From positions 3,658,001 to 3,722,000 of the forward strand of contig OZ024741.1 in the NCBI GenBank assembly GCA_964016885.1: DNA of 64,000 nt, written 5' to 3'. The notes under the pieces were generated by a model. It was not told the DNA's origin, ran no database searches, and was given only the letters and a program-made list of their open reading frames with translations. Positions 38,692 through 48,596 of this stretch are shown here, piece by piece (the first letter of the stretch is position 1; the number at the start of each line of letters is the position of its first letter). The position numbers and the translations under genes are program-made. This DNA comes from Eledone cirrhosa. Its lineage: Eukaryota.

Positions 38692-38970
38692 GGAGGCACG
38701 TGGCCTAGTAGTAAGGGTGTTGGACTCACGATCATAATGTTGTGGGCTCGATTCCTGGGTTGCGTGTTGGGATCTTGAGCAAGACACTTCATTTCACGTT
38801 GCTCCAGTATACTCAGCTGAAAATGAGTACCAGCAATAACTGGAGGTTTAACCCTGCGATGGACTGGCGTGCTGTCCAGGGGAGAGTCTTGTACTCTCAG
38901 TCGCTTCAATCCATGAAACCGGGATAAGCATCGGCCAAATGAGCCTTCTGGCTTAAGACAGACTACTACT
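38692..38970 (+). mobile_element. Near-complete tRNA-derived SINE
   Basis: A-box TGGCCTAGTAG, degenerate B-box GGCTCGATTCC, CORE-like TCTTGAGCAAGACACTT, then AACCCTGCGATGGACTGGCGTGCTGTCCAGGGG, and an (ACT)n tail. Confidence 0.75.
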
Positions 38971-38994
38971 ATCACTACTATTACTGCTACTGCT

Positions 38995-39735
38995 AGGTCG
39001 TTGGGTTGGCAATATTGGTAGAGCATCAGGCAACATGCTTCGCAGCGTATAGTTATGTCTGGCTTTTCACATTCTGAGTTCAAATCCCACCGAAGTTAGC
39101 TTTGCCTTTCATCTTTACAGAGTCAATAAAATAAAGTACCAGTAACGAACTGGGGTTGATTTAATCGACTTTCCCCTTTCCTCAAATTGTTGGGCTTGTG
39201 TCTAAATCAGAAACTATTACTACTACTACTACTATTACCACTACTACTAATACTGCTATCACTATTACTACTACTACCACTTCTATTACCACTACTACTA
39301 CTGCTATCACTATTACTACTACTAAGGCAGTAGATTGGTAGAATCTGTAGTGTCAGACAAAATACTTTGCAGCATTTGTTCCTGCTCCTTTGAGTTCAAA
39401 TCCCACTGAGGTAAACTTTACCTCTCAATCCTCCAAATTTGATAAAATATAACACCAAACTCTCATCAATTTAATCAATGTTTCCCCCCTTCCCCCAAAA
39501 TTGCCGGCCTTGTGCCTTCATTAGAAACCCTTATTAAAGAAGGCCAGTGGATTGACAATAATTGGTAGAGCGCCGGACATGCATTCCAGCATATAGTTAC
39601 GTCCCTTTACGTTCTGAGTACAAATCCCGCTGAGGTTAGCTTTGCCTTTCATCTTTACGGGGTCGACAAAATAAAGTACCAGTAATACACTGGGATCGAT
39701 TAAATCGGCTTTCCCCTCCCCCAGAATTATTGACC
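38995..39735 (+). mobile_element. Cluster of three head-to-tail SINEs of a second family (~38995-39215, ~39325-39530, ~39543-39735); another copy at ~40500-40680
   Basis: Shared TTCTGAGTTCAAATCCCACCGAGGTTAACTTTGCCTTTCATC...GGGGTCGATAAAATAAAGTACCAGT body with TTA/CTA tails. Confidence 0.8.
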
Positions 39736-39768
39736 TAGAAAGCATTGCTAAAGAAAAGGTGACACTAC

Positions 39769-39854
39769 CTGCTGGATCAATATCAAGGGCTTCAAGTTGT
39801 TCAGCTGACGGGATTAAGTAACCCTCTTCTAGTAAGATACACAAAAATTCAGGA
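39769..39854 (-). CDS. LAS1L: LAS1L coding exon: (S)PEFLCILLEEGYLIPSAEQLEALDIDPA(E)
   Basis: TTTCAG acceptor and CAG|GTAGT donor; 86 nt; phase 2-1. LEEGYLIPSAEQLEALDI resembles LAS1L LDDGFLVPTFEQLAALQI (recalled). Confidence 0.9.
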
Positions 39855-40167
39855 CTGAAACAAACAAAACAATACATTAAATATCTATGATGATGGTGGT
39901 GGTGGTGAGGATGATGGTGGTGGTCGTGGTGATGATGATGATGGTGGAGGTGGTGATGGTGCTGGTGGTCTAAATCTTTGAGATCTGTTATTGCTATCAT
40001 ATTTCAGACTATCAGCTCCATGTGTAGAATGTAAAAAAAAAAAGAGACAGGAAAGGGGCCATAACTCCTCCTGCAGTCCTAAGCACACTGTCCTCACATA
40101 TTTTAAATCTATTATTTTCATATTATTTCATGATAAAAAAGTGGGTGAAATTATATAAAGTATACTT

Positions 40168-40466
40168 AAGACCCACCTTCCTCTGGGCAGAAGCTGAAGC
40201 ATACATATAGTATACACCACCCCCACCTCACCACTCTTCTATACATATAGTGAAGCCTCCAGTCCACATAGTAAAGTGGTCGTGTAGGTGACACCACAAA
40301 AAGCACTCAATACACACAGGAAGGGCATCCAGCCATAGAAACCAAGCCTAAATCAGTTCTGTGTGAGCAAGACATGGTCACCTGACCTAGCACTGCCCAC
40401 AACAGGACAACTCGTCTAACCCATGCTAGCGTGGAAAAATGGACGTTAAACAGTGATGATGATGAT
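40168..40466 (+). mobile_element. Old RTE 3' end fragment
   Basis: AGGAAGGGCATCCAGCC...AACCCATGCTAGCGTGGAAAAATGGACGTTAAACAGTGATGATGAT. Confidence 0.85.
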
Positions 40467-40709
40467 ACATATGTAAGATGATGTGATAAAACAGAAATAT
40501 TTGTAGTTGAGTAAAGGGTCGGACGCCATGCTTTGAAGCATAGAGTTACCTCCCTTTATGTTCTGAGTTCAAATCCCACCGAGGTTAACTTTGCCTTTCA
40601 TCCTTACGGGGTCGATAAAATAAAGTACCAGTAATGCACTGGGATAATTGCTGGCCTTGTGCCAAAAGTAGAAACAATTATCTTTATACTGGCTGTTATG
40701 GAAGACAAC

Positions 40710-40750
40710 TCTAGACATGTTTTGTTCTTATTGGAACTCTTCAGTAGAAA
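40710..40750 (-). ncRNA. Degenerate minimal type I hammerhead ribozyme motif, Penelope-like relic
   Basis: Minus strand reads TCTA-CTGAAGA-GTTC(CAATAA)GAAC-AAAA-CATGTC-TAGA: stem I TCTA/TAGA, core CUGANGA, stem II, palindromic stem III, GUC site; the GAAA core reads AAAA. Confidence 0.5.
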
Positions 40751-40889
40751 TACATGCATCACAATTACATCAATGATTGTATTGTTAAATAAAGACAGAG
40801 AAATGTATATTTATTGATGGAGAAGTGAATTTAGGACAAATTCCATTATTTATCTGCATAACCTGGAGTTCTTTAATCTAAAATCTTAA

Positions 40890-41770
40890 GGTCAGTAGAT
40901 TTAATGTAATGCCCAGCTGTGTTATTACCACTTATCTAGTTGACCACAGGATCAGTAGATTCAATCTAACCCTCAGTTGACCACAGGGTCAGTAGATTCA
41001 ATCTAACACCCAGTTGACCACAGGATCAGTAGATTTAATGTAACACCCAGTTGACCACAGGATCAGTAGATTTAATGTAACACTCAGTTGACCACAGGAT
41101 CAGTAGATTCAATGTAACACTCAGTTGACCACAGGATCAGTAGATTCAATGTAACACTCAGTTGACCACAGGATCAGTAGATTTAATCTAACACTCAGTT
41201 GACCACAAGGTCAGTAGATTCAATGTAACACTCAGTTGACCACAGGATCAGTAGATTTAATCTAACACTCAGTTGACCACAGGATCAGTATATTTAATGT
41301 AACACTCAGTTGACCACAGGATCAGTAGATTTAATCTAACACTCAGTTGACCACAGGATCAGTAGATTTAATGTAACACTCAGTTGACCACAGGATCAGT
41401 AGATTTAATCTAACACTCAGTTGGCCACAGGGTCAGTAGATTTAATCTAACACTCAGTTGACCACAGGATCAGTAGATTTAATCTAACACTCAGTTGACC
41501 ACAGGATCAGTAGATTTAATCTAACACTCAGTTGACCACAGGATCAGTAGATTTAATCTAACACTCAGTTGACCACAGGATCAGTAGATTTAATCTAACA
41601 CTCAGTTGACCACAGGATCAGTAGATTTAATCTAACACTCAGTTGACCACAGGATCAGTAGATTTAATCTAACACTCAGTTGACCACAGGATCAGTAGAT
41701 TTAATGTAACACTCAGTTGACCACAGGATCAGTAGATTTAATCTAACACTCAGTTGACCACAGGATCAGT
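40890..41770. repeat. 37-bp minisatellite, about 23 units
   Basis: Unit CAGTTGACCACAGGATCAGTAGATTTAATCTAACACT. Confidence 0.95.
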
Positions 41771-41791
41771 ACGTCTGTGTTAACAACTTAC

Positions 41792-41874
41792 CTGGTTTCA
41801 TTCAGAATCAATCTCATTCCTTCCAGTAACTGTTTCAGCTTCTGTTTACCTTCCCTTCTCTGAGACTGGATTAA
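41792..41874 (-). CDS. LAS1L: LAS1L coding exon, first in window: LIQSQRREGKQKLKQLLEGMRLILNET(S)
   Basis: TTTTGTTCCTCTCAG acceptor and CAG|GTAAGT donor; 83 nt; phase 0-2, joins 39854 in frame. Confidence 0.8.
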
Positions 41875-41981
41875 CTGAGAGGAACAAAAGTAAAAACAAT
41901 AGTTCATGTAATGATGAGCTCAAGTGTGGAGATGCTAAAAATAGGGCGAAGACCCTTAAAAGATGGGAAAAGTTGCCATTA

Positions 41982-42052
41982 GCTTCTATGAGGAATTGAA
42001 CCCCATATCTTTCAGATAGCAGCTAGGTATTTTAACCATTAAGCTAAGGGGC
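41982..42052 (-). pseudogene. tRNA-like remnant or SINE head
   Basis: GCCCCTTAGCTTAATGGTTAAAA...GGGGTTCAATTCCTC has A/B boxes and a T-arm but a mismatched acceptor stem. Confidence 0.5.
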
Positions 42053-42139
42053 TATGACAACTCTATACCGTCTTAAATTAGATAGATAGCTGAATAACAG
42101 CTTTTAGATGTCAGACAGACAGTCTGTACTTTGCACCTC

Positions 42140-42697
42140 TTTCTAGTAGATATGACATCCAGTCCTAGTATCTGTCCTGACACTTTCTAGTAGATATGAC
42201 ATCCAGTCCTAGTTGTATCTGTCCTGACACTTTCTAGTAGATATAACATCCAGTCCTAGTTGTATCTGTCCTGACACTTTCTAGTAGATATGACATCCAG
42301 TCCTAGATGTATCTGCCCTGACACTTTCTAGTAGATATAACATCCAGTCCTAGTTGTATCTGTCCTGACACTTTCTAGTAGATATGACATCCAGTCCTAG
42401 TTGTAGCTGTCCTGACACTTTCTAGGAGATATGACATCCAGTCCTAGTTGTATCTGCCCTGACACTTTCTAGTAGATGACATCCAGTCCTAGTCGTATCT
42501 GCCCTGACACTTTCTAGTAGATATGACATCCAGTCCTAGTTGTATCTGCCCTGAAACTTTCTAGTAGAAATAACATCCAGTCCTAGTTGTATCTGTCCTG
42601 ACACTTTCTAGTAGATATGACATCCAGTCCTAGTTGTATCTGCCCTGACACTTTCTAGTAGATATGATATCCAGTCCTAGTTGTATCTGCCCTGACA
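42140..42697. repeat. 47-bp minisatellite, about 12 units
   Basis: Unit TTTCTAGTAGATATGACATCCAGTCCTAGTTGTATCTGTCCTGACAC. Confidence 0.95.
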
Positions 42698-42752
42698 GTT
42701 GAAACTTTTTTCACACCATGCTGTCTATGGTTTTAACTAGCTCTCAGATCCA

Positions 42753-44747
42753 ACAGATATAAAGGTATTCTGTACCTGACAGGTATAAAGGTATTCTGTA
42801 CCTGACAGATGTAAACGTATTCTGTACCTGACAGATGTAAACGTATTCTGTACCTGACAGGTATAAAGGTATTATGTACCTGACAGATATAAAGGTATTC
42901 TGTACCTGACAGGTATAAAGGTATTCTGTACCTGACAGGTATAAAGGTATTCTGTACCTGACAGGTATAAAGGTATTCTGTTCCTGACAGGTATAAAGGT
43001 ATTCTGTACCTGACAGATGTAAAGGTATTCTGTACCTGACAGATATAAAGGTATTCTGTTCCTGACAGGTATAAAGGTATTCTGTACCTGACAGATATAA
43101 AGGTATTCTGTACCTGACAGATATAAAGGTATTCTGTTCCTGACAGGTATAAAGGTATTCTGTACCTGACAGATGTAAAGGTATTCTGTACCTGACAGAT
43201 ATAAAAGTATTCTGTACCTGACAGGTATAAAGGTATTCTGTACCTGACAGATATAAAGGTATTCTGTACCTGACAGGTATAAAGGTATTCTGTACCTGAC
43301 AGATATAAAGGTATTCTGTACCTGACAGATATAAAGGTATTCTGTACCTGACAGATATAAACATATTCTGTACCTGACAGATATAAAGGTATTCTGTTCC
43401 TGACAGGTATAAAGGTATGCTGTACCTGACAGATGTAAAGGTATGCTGTACCTGACAGATGTAAAGGTATTCTGTACCTGACAGGTATAAAGGTATTCTG
43501 TCCCTGACAGATATAAAGGTATTCTGTACCTGACAGGTATAAAGGTATGCTGTACCTGACAGATGTAAAGGTATTCTGTACCTGACAGATGTAAAGGTAT
43601 TCTGTACCTGACAGGTATAAAGGTATTCTGTACCTGACAGGTATAAAGGTATTCTGTCCCTGACAGATGTAAAGGTATTCTGTACCTGACAGATGTAAAG
43701 GTATTCTGTACCTGACAGGTATAAAGGTATTCTGTACCCGACAGATATAAAGGTATTCTGTACCTGACAGGTATAAAGGTATGCTGTACCTGACAGATGT
43801 AAAGGTATTCTGTACCTGACAGATGTAAAGGTATTCTGTACCTGACAGGTATAAAGGTATTCTGTACCTGACAGATATAAAGGTATTCTGTATCTGACAG
43901 GTATAAAGGTATTCTGTACCTGACAGATGTAAAGGTATTCTGTACCTGACAGATATAAAGGTATTCTGTACCTGACAGACGTAAAGGTATTCTGTACCTG
44001 ACAGACGTAAAGGTATTCTGTACCTGACAGGTATAAAGGTATGCTGTACCTGACAGATGTAAAGGTATTCTGTACCTGACAGACGTAAAGGTATTCTGTA
44101 CCTGACAGGTATAAAGGTATTCTGTACCTGACAGATGTAAAGGTATTCTGTACCTGACAGGTATAAAGGTATTCTGTACCTGACAGATATAAAGGTATTC
44201 TGTACCTGACAGGTATAAAGGTATGCTGTACCTGACAGATGTAAAGGTATTCTGTACCTGACAGATGTAAAGGTATTCTGTACCTGACAGGTATAAAGGT
44301 ATTCTGTACCTGACAGATATAAAGGTATTCTGTATCTGACAGGTATAAAGGTATTCTGTACTTGACAGATGTAAAGGTATGCTGTACCTGACAGATGTAA
44401 AGGTATTCTGTACCTGACAGATGTAAAGGTATTCTGTACCTGACAGGTATAAAGGTATTCTGTACCTGACAGATGTAAAGGTATTCTGTACCTGACAGGT
44501 GTAAAGGTATTCTGTACAGTGTGGGACATATAAAGGTATTCTGTACCTGACAGATGTAAAGGTATTCTGTACCTGACAGATGTAAAGGTATTCTGTACCT
44601 GACAGGTATAAAGGTATTCTGTACCTGACAGAGGTAAAGGTATTCTGTACCTGACATGTATAAAGGTATTCTGTACCTGACAGATATTATTCTGTACCTG
44701 ACAGATGTAAAGGTATTCTGTACCTGACAGATATAAAGGTATTCTGT
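42753..44747. repeat. 26-bp minisatellite, left part, about 76 units
   Basis: Unit AAAGGTATTCTGTACCTGACAGATAT; stop-free on the minus strand, hence the 679- and 637-aa artefact ORFs. Confidence 0.97.
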
Positions 44748-45105
44748 TCATCATCATCATCATCATCATCAACGTTTAACGTCCGTGTTCCACGCTTGCA
44801 TGGGTTTGGACGGGGGTAGTCCCACTTGAGGCAAGAGTGATTGTCTTGCTCGCATAGGACTGTCTGGCAGGTTTTCTACAGTTGGATGCCCTTCCTAACA
44901 CCAACCACATTTACAGTGTGGGTCTGGGAGGTTTTTACCGTGTTGCCTACACGGCCACATTACAGCGTGGACTGTGTGTTTTTTTGTCGTGACACCTACA
45001 CGATCTCGTTTGTTTCGGCCTGGATGGCGCGGCACCAACATAACTTTACATGGAACGGGGTGGTGTGGATGGGGTGGGGGTGGTGGCGGGACGGGGTGTA
45101 GTTTG

Positions 45106-48093
45106 TTAGAGATGCCTACTGGCAAGGCGGGTCTTCTCTGTTACTGAGTACCGCCAAAGGTCACGGTCCAGTGACATTGTCTTGGAGAGGTGTAAGTGTG
45201 TGAGGTCTGAGTTTATCAGCTCATCCCATGTTTTTCTAGGTCTGCCTATTCCGTGGCTACCGTCTATCTTTATTGCCCTGCACTTTGTAATACAGCTATC
45301 GACTTTCATGCGCATCACGTGTCCATACGAACGCAGCCTTCTCTCGAGTAAACAACATCTGATCCCTCTTATCTCTAATTTTTTCCTTAGTTCGTTTATG
45401 CTTTGCCGTTCACGTATATTACTGTTACACATCCAGCGGAGCATGCAAGCTTCGTTCCTCTCTAGTCTGCATATATCCTCTGCACACAATGCCCAGGTCT
45501 CACTACCATGCAACATTGCTGTTCGTATGCAGGCATCGTACAACCTGCCTTTCATTTTTAGGGAGAACCCTTTAGCAGCTAATAGTGGTATAAGCTCTCT
45601 GAACTTTTTCCAACCAGTTCTGACTCTAGCTACAGTACTTTCAGAGCACCCTCCCCCACTGCTGATTTTATCGCCCAGGTAACGGAAGCTGTCCACTATT
45701 TCTATAGAACCCTCTGCGCAATTGAAAGAGCTAGTATTTTGTGGGCACTTGCTGCTACTTATTGCACCAGAACACCGGCCACATGTAAAGTCTATGTTCT
45801 TAGTTAGCTTACCTGTGATCCCACTACATCTTTTATGCACCCATACTTTGCATTTAGGACATAAGATGGAGTTTCTACCTACGCCTTTCCTACATACCGA
45901 GCACGACCATTTCCCAGAAGGGACCGCCGCCTTGTTTTCTTTCCTACAAACTAGAACTTTGGTCTTAGCCAGGTTAATTTTAAGTCCTTTTGACTCTAGG
46001 CCGTGCTTCCATGTTTGGAATTTCTTCTCTAGCTCGGCCATTGATTCCGCTATGAGTGTCAGGTCGTCTGCGTATAGGAGTTCCCATGGGCAGCCTGTCT
46101 TGAACTCCTCTGTTATAGCCTGAAGGGCAATAATAAATAGTAGGGGGCTGAGAACAGAGCCCTGATGGACGCCAACTTTTACGCTAAACTCTTCACTATA
46201 TTCGTTGTTAATTCTAACCTTGCTGACTGTTTCTTTATACATGGCTTGTATAGCCCTCACAAGCCATTCGTCAACGCCTAGTTTTCTAAGAGCCCACCAG
46301 ATAATGGAGCGGGGGACTCTGTCGAAGGCTTTCTCCAGGTCGACAAAAGCTAAGTAGAGGGGTTTACCTTTAGCTAGGTACTTCTCCTGTAGTTGTCGTA
46401 CTATGAAAAGAGCGTCTGTGGTGCTTTTGCCTGACACAAACCCGAACTGCATTTCATCTAGATCAATTCTCTCTCTGATTAGTTGCGCTATTACTTTTTC
46501 CGTGACCTTCATGACCTGGTCGATTAATTTAATGCCTCTATAGTTACTCCTATCTAGGGCGTCTCCTTTACCCTTATAACAGTTAACGATGATGCTGCTA
46601 TGCCAGTCCTTCGGAACAACCCCATTCTGTACGACTTGGTTAACTATGCGGGTGACCATGGTGTGTCCCACCGTGCCAGATGCCTTCAGCATCTCAGCAA
46701 CTATTTCCGAAGGCCCAGCCGCCTTACCAGTCTTCATATCCTTGATTGCCTTACTTATTATACTCCCCTCGACTAACACTGCTGGTCCCTCTATCGGGTC
46801 GATATGGGGGAGACTGTCTTTCTCCCATTTATTCTCCTCATTTAGTAGCCTTTCATAGTGACACTTCCAAGCTACCTTCTTATCAGTGTCGGTGATGGCA
46901 AGTATGCCATCATCGTTAAGTACACACTTCTCCCCGACAATATCACGGTTTTCCTTGACGCATTGCCTGGCAATCCTGAACACCTCACGTTTTTGGTCAT
47001 CGCGTTGTAGAACATGCTTGAACTTTCTTTCCTCAGCTTCCCTTCTTGCTAAGTACACTTCTCTCCTAGCTTCCCTCCTGGCCACTTGATAGTCTACTCT
47101 ACTTCCCCCATCCCGCCATACTTTCCAAGCCTGCTTTTTGGCCTTAATTGACCCCTCCACCCTATTGTTCCACCACCATGTTACTCTCCTCCTGCCTACA
47201 GGCCTGCTCCAGCCACAGACCTCGTCTGTCGCCAACAGCAGGTTTGCTTTCAGAAATTTCCACTGTCCCTCTATATTGTCCGATTCTAGATGCTCTTCCT
47301 TACTGTCGAAAGCATCAAGTAATATGCTTTGAAATTTATTTCTGGCTGTGGGGTCCTTTAGTTTCCATATTTTCCTCCTGAGGATAGTCCTCTTCTGCTG
47401 TCGGGTACGTCTCGTCCTGACTATGAGGTCGCTAATTATCAGTCTATGTTGGGAGGTGCATTCTTCATGGGGGAGGGATTTAGTGTTTACAACAGACACT
47501 CTGTCACGTCTTCTGGTAAGGATATAATCTACCTGGCTTGTGTGTTCCCCGGATCTATAGGTAATCAGGTGATTGTCACGTTTTTTGAAGTTAGTGTTAC
47601 AGATAGTTAGGTTATTTGCATCACAGTATTCCAGGATTCTGGAGCCTTCCTCATTTCTAGTACCAAACCCATAGCCTCCATGGATTTCGTCGTAGCCGTC
47701 ACAATGTTGTCCAACGTGACCATTTAGGTCGCCTGCAATAATTATATAGTCACTGTCAGATATTTGGGAGGTAGTTAGCAACAGTGTCTCATAGAATCTG
47801 TCTTTTATAGTGCCGGGCAGTCCGGATTGGGGTGCGTACGCAGATATTACTGTCACCGTAGTTCTATTGAGGACAAGTCTTATTTTAATTATTCTGTCGT
47901 TCACTCTATTTACGTCTATTATCTTATCTGCCCACTTTTCTGCTACCATGATTCCTACTCCACCCAGCCCATCGTCGTTTCCCACCCAGAAAAGCTTATA
48001 ACATCGTTTTTTACCCTCAATGAATCTAGCAGACCCACCCCTCCACCTGGTCTCTTGAATACAACAAACATCGACCTCCTTACGTTCAAGCAT
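45106..48093 (-). CDS. RTE ORF: APE endonuclease, reverse transcriptase and PHD-type finger (995 aa; true start upstream)
   Basis: CCIQETRW, SAYAPQ, AGDLNGHVG, QVDYIL, FVDLEKAFDRV, QGSVLSPLLF, YADD, FRYLG. The frame stays open upstream through NFRVGTINVGTLKGR to about 48210, where a 1-nt shift in a C-rich tract separates it from ORF 48135..48386. Confidence 0.95.
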   Translation of the reverse strand: MLERKEVDVCCIQETRWRGGSARFIEGKKRCYKLFWVGNDDGLGGVGIMVAEKWADKIIDVNRVNDRIIKIRLVLNRTTVTVISAYAPQSGLPGTIKDRFYETLLLTTSQISDSDYIIIAGDLNGHVGQHCDGYDEIHGGYGFGTRNEEGSRILEYCDANNLTICNTNFKKRDNHLITYRSGEHTSQVDYILTRRRDRVSVVNTKSLPHEECTSQHRLIISDLIVRTRRTRQQKRTILRRKIWKLKDPTARNKFQSILLDAFDSKEEHLESDNIEGQWKFLKANLLLATDEVCGWSRPVGRRRVTWWWNNRVEGSIKAKKQAWKVWRDGGSRVDYQVARREARREVYLARREAEERKFKHVLQRDDQKREVFRIARQCVKENRDIVGEKCVLNDDGILAITDTDKKVAWKCHYERLLNEENKWEKDSLPHIDPIEGPAVLVEGSIISKAIKDMKTGKAAGPSEIVAEMLKASGTVGHTMVTRIVNQVVQNGVVPKDWHSSIIVNCYKGKGDALDRSNYRGIKLIDQVMKVTEKVIAQLIRERIDLDEMQFGFVSGKSTTDALFIVRQLQEKYLAKGKPLYLAFVDLEKAFDRVPRSIIWWALRKLGVDEWLVRAIQAMYKETVSKVRINNEYSEEFSVKVGVHQGSVLSPLLFIIALQAITEEFKTGCPWELLYADDLTLIAESMAELEKKFQTWKHGLESKGLKINLAKTKVLVCRKENKAAVPSGKWSCSVCRKGVGRNSILCPKCKVWVHKRCSGITGKLTKNIDFTCGRCSGAISSSKCPQNTSSFNCAEGSIEIVDSFRYLGDKISSGGGCSESTVARVRTGWKKFRELIPLLAAKGFSLKMKGRLYDACIRTAMLHGSETWALCAEDICRLERNEACMLRWMCNSNIRERQSINELRKKLEIRGIRCCLLERRLRSYGHVMRMKVDSCITKCRAIKIDGSHGIGRPRKTWDELINSDLTHLHLSKTMSLDRDLWRYSVTEKTRLASRHL

Positions 48094-48596
48094 TTCTACA
48101 ACCTCGTTAGCGCGACCCTTTAGGGTGCCTACATTTATGGTACCAACTCTGAAGTTTTGGGTTGTGTTTGGAGGGTGGGGGTGGTGGGGGGGGCGGGAGG
48201 AGATAGGGTTATGTTAGCCATCCGCGGACGAAACAAAGAGGAGTGCTCGCATTCTCGTCCACGAGGTGAATTTGACTTTAACTTTGGCATTTTCGCTCTG
48301 GGCGTCCAGATTTTTCTCCCCCTTCCACTCTCCAGGATTCCGCAGTCCGTCCGTCCATCCATCCATCCATCATATATCGAAGGCAACCGGGCAAGCGATA
48401 GTATAGGCCTCTGGCTTATGATTTGGTCCGCGTAATAATAATAATAATGGTGATGCGTGGGGGTGGGGGGGGCTCTGGCTTATAATAATGGTGGTGATGC
48501 GGGGGGGGGGGGGGGGGGGGGGGCTCTGGTTATGATTGGTCCACGTATTAAGTATGGTGGCGTGTGGGGGCGGGAAGGAGGGGTGTGGGGTAGCTA

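Noticed and set aside
38466-39083. 205-aa poly-Val ORF and poly-Thr mucin-like ORF
   Set aside because: Made of an (ACT/ACC)n microsatellite plus SINE sequence.
41982-42052. Functional tRNA gene
   Set aside because: Acceptor, D and anticodon stems pair poorly; more consistent with a SINE head or pseudogene.
11914-44747. CRISPR-like arrays
   Set aside because: Units are contiguous with no unique spacers, there are no cas genes, and the context is eukaryotic.
42733-44772. 679- and 637-aa ORFs
   Set aside because: Translations of a stop-free 26-bp minisatellite cycling through all frames; the start is a (GAT)n LINE tail.
18025-48435. Plus-strand ORFs overlapping the RTE ORFs (e.g. 18511..19140, 45182..45682)
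   Set aside because: Antisense shadows of the RT frame, with boundaries that vary between copies.
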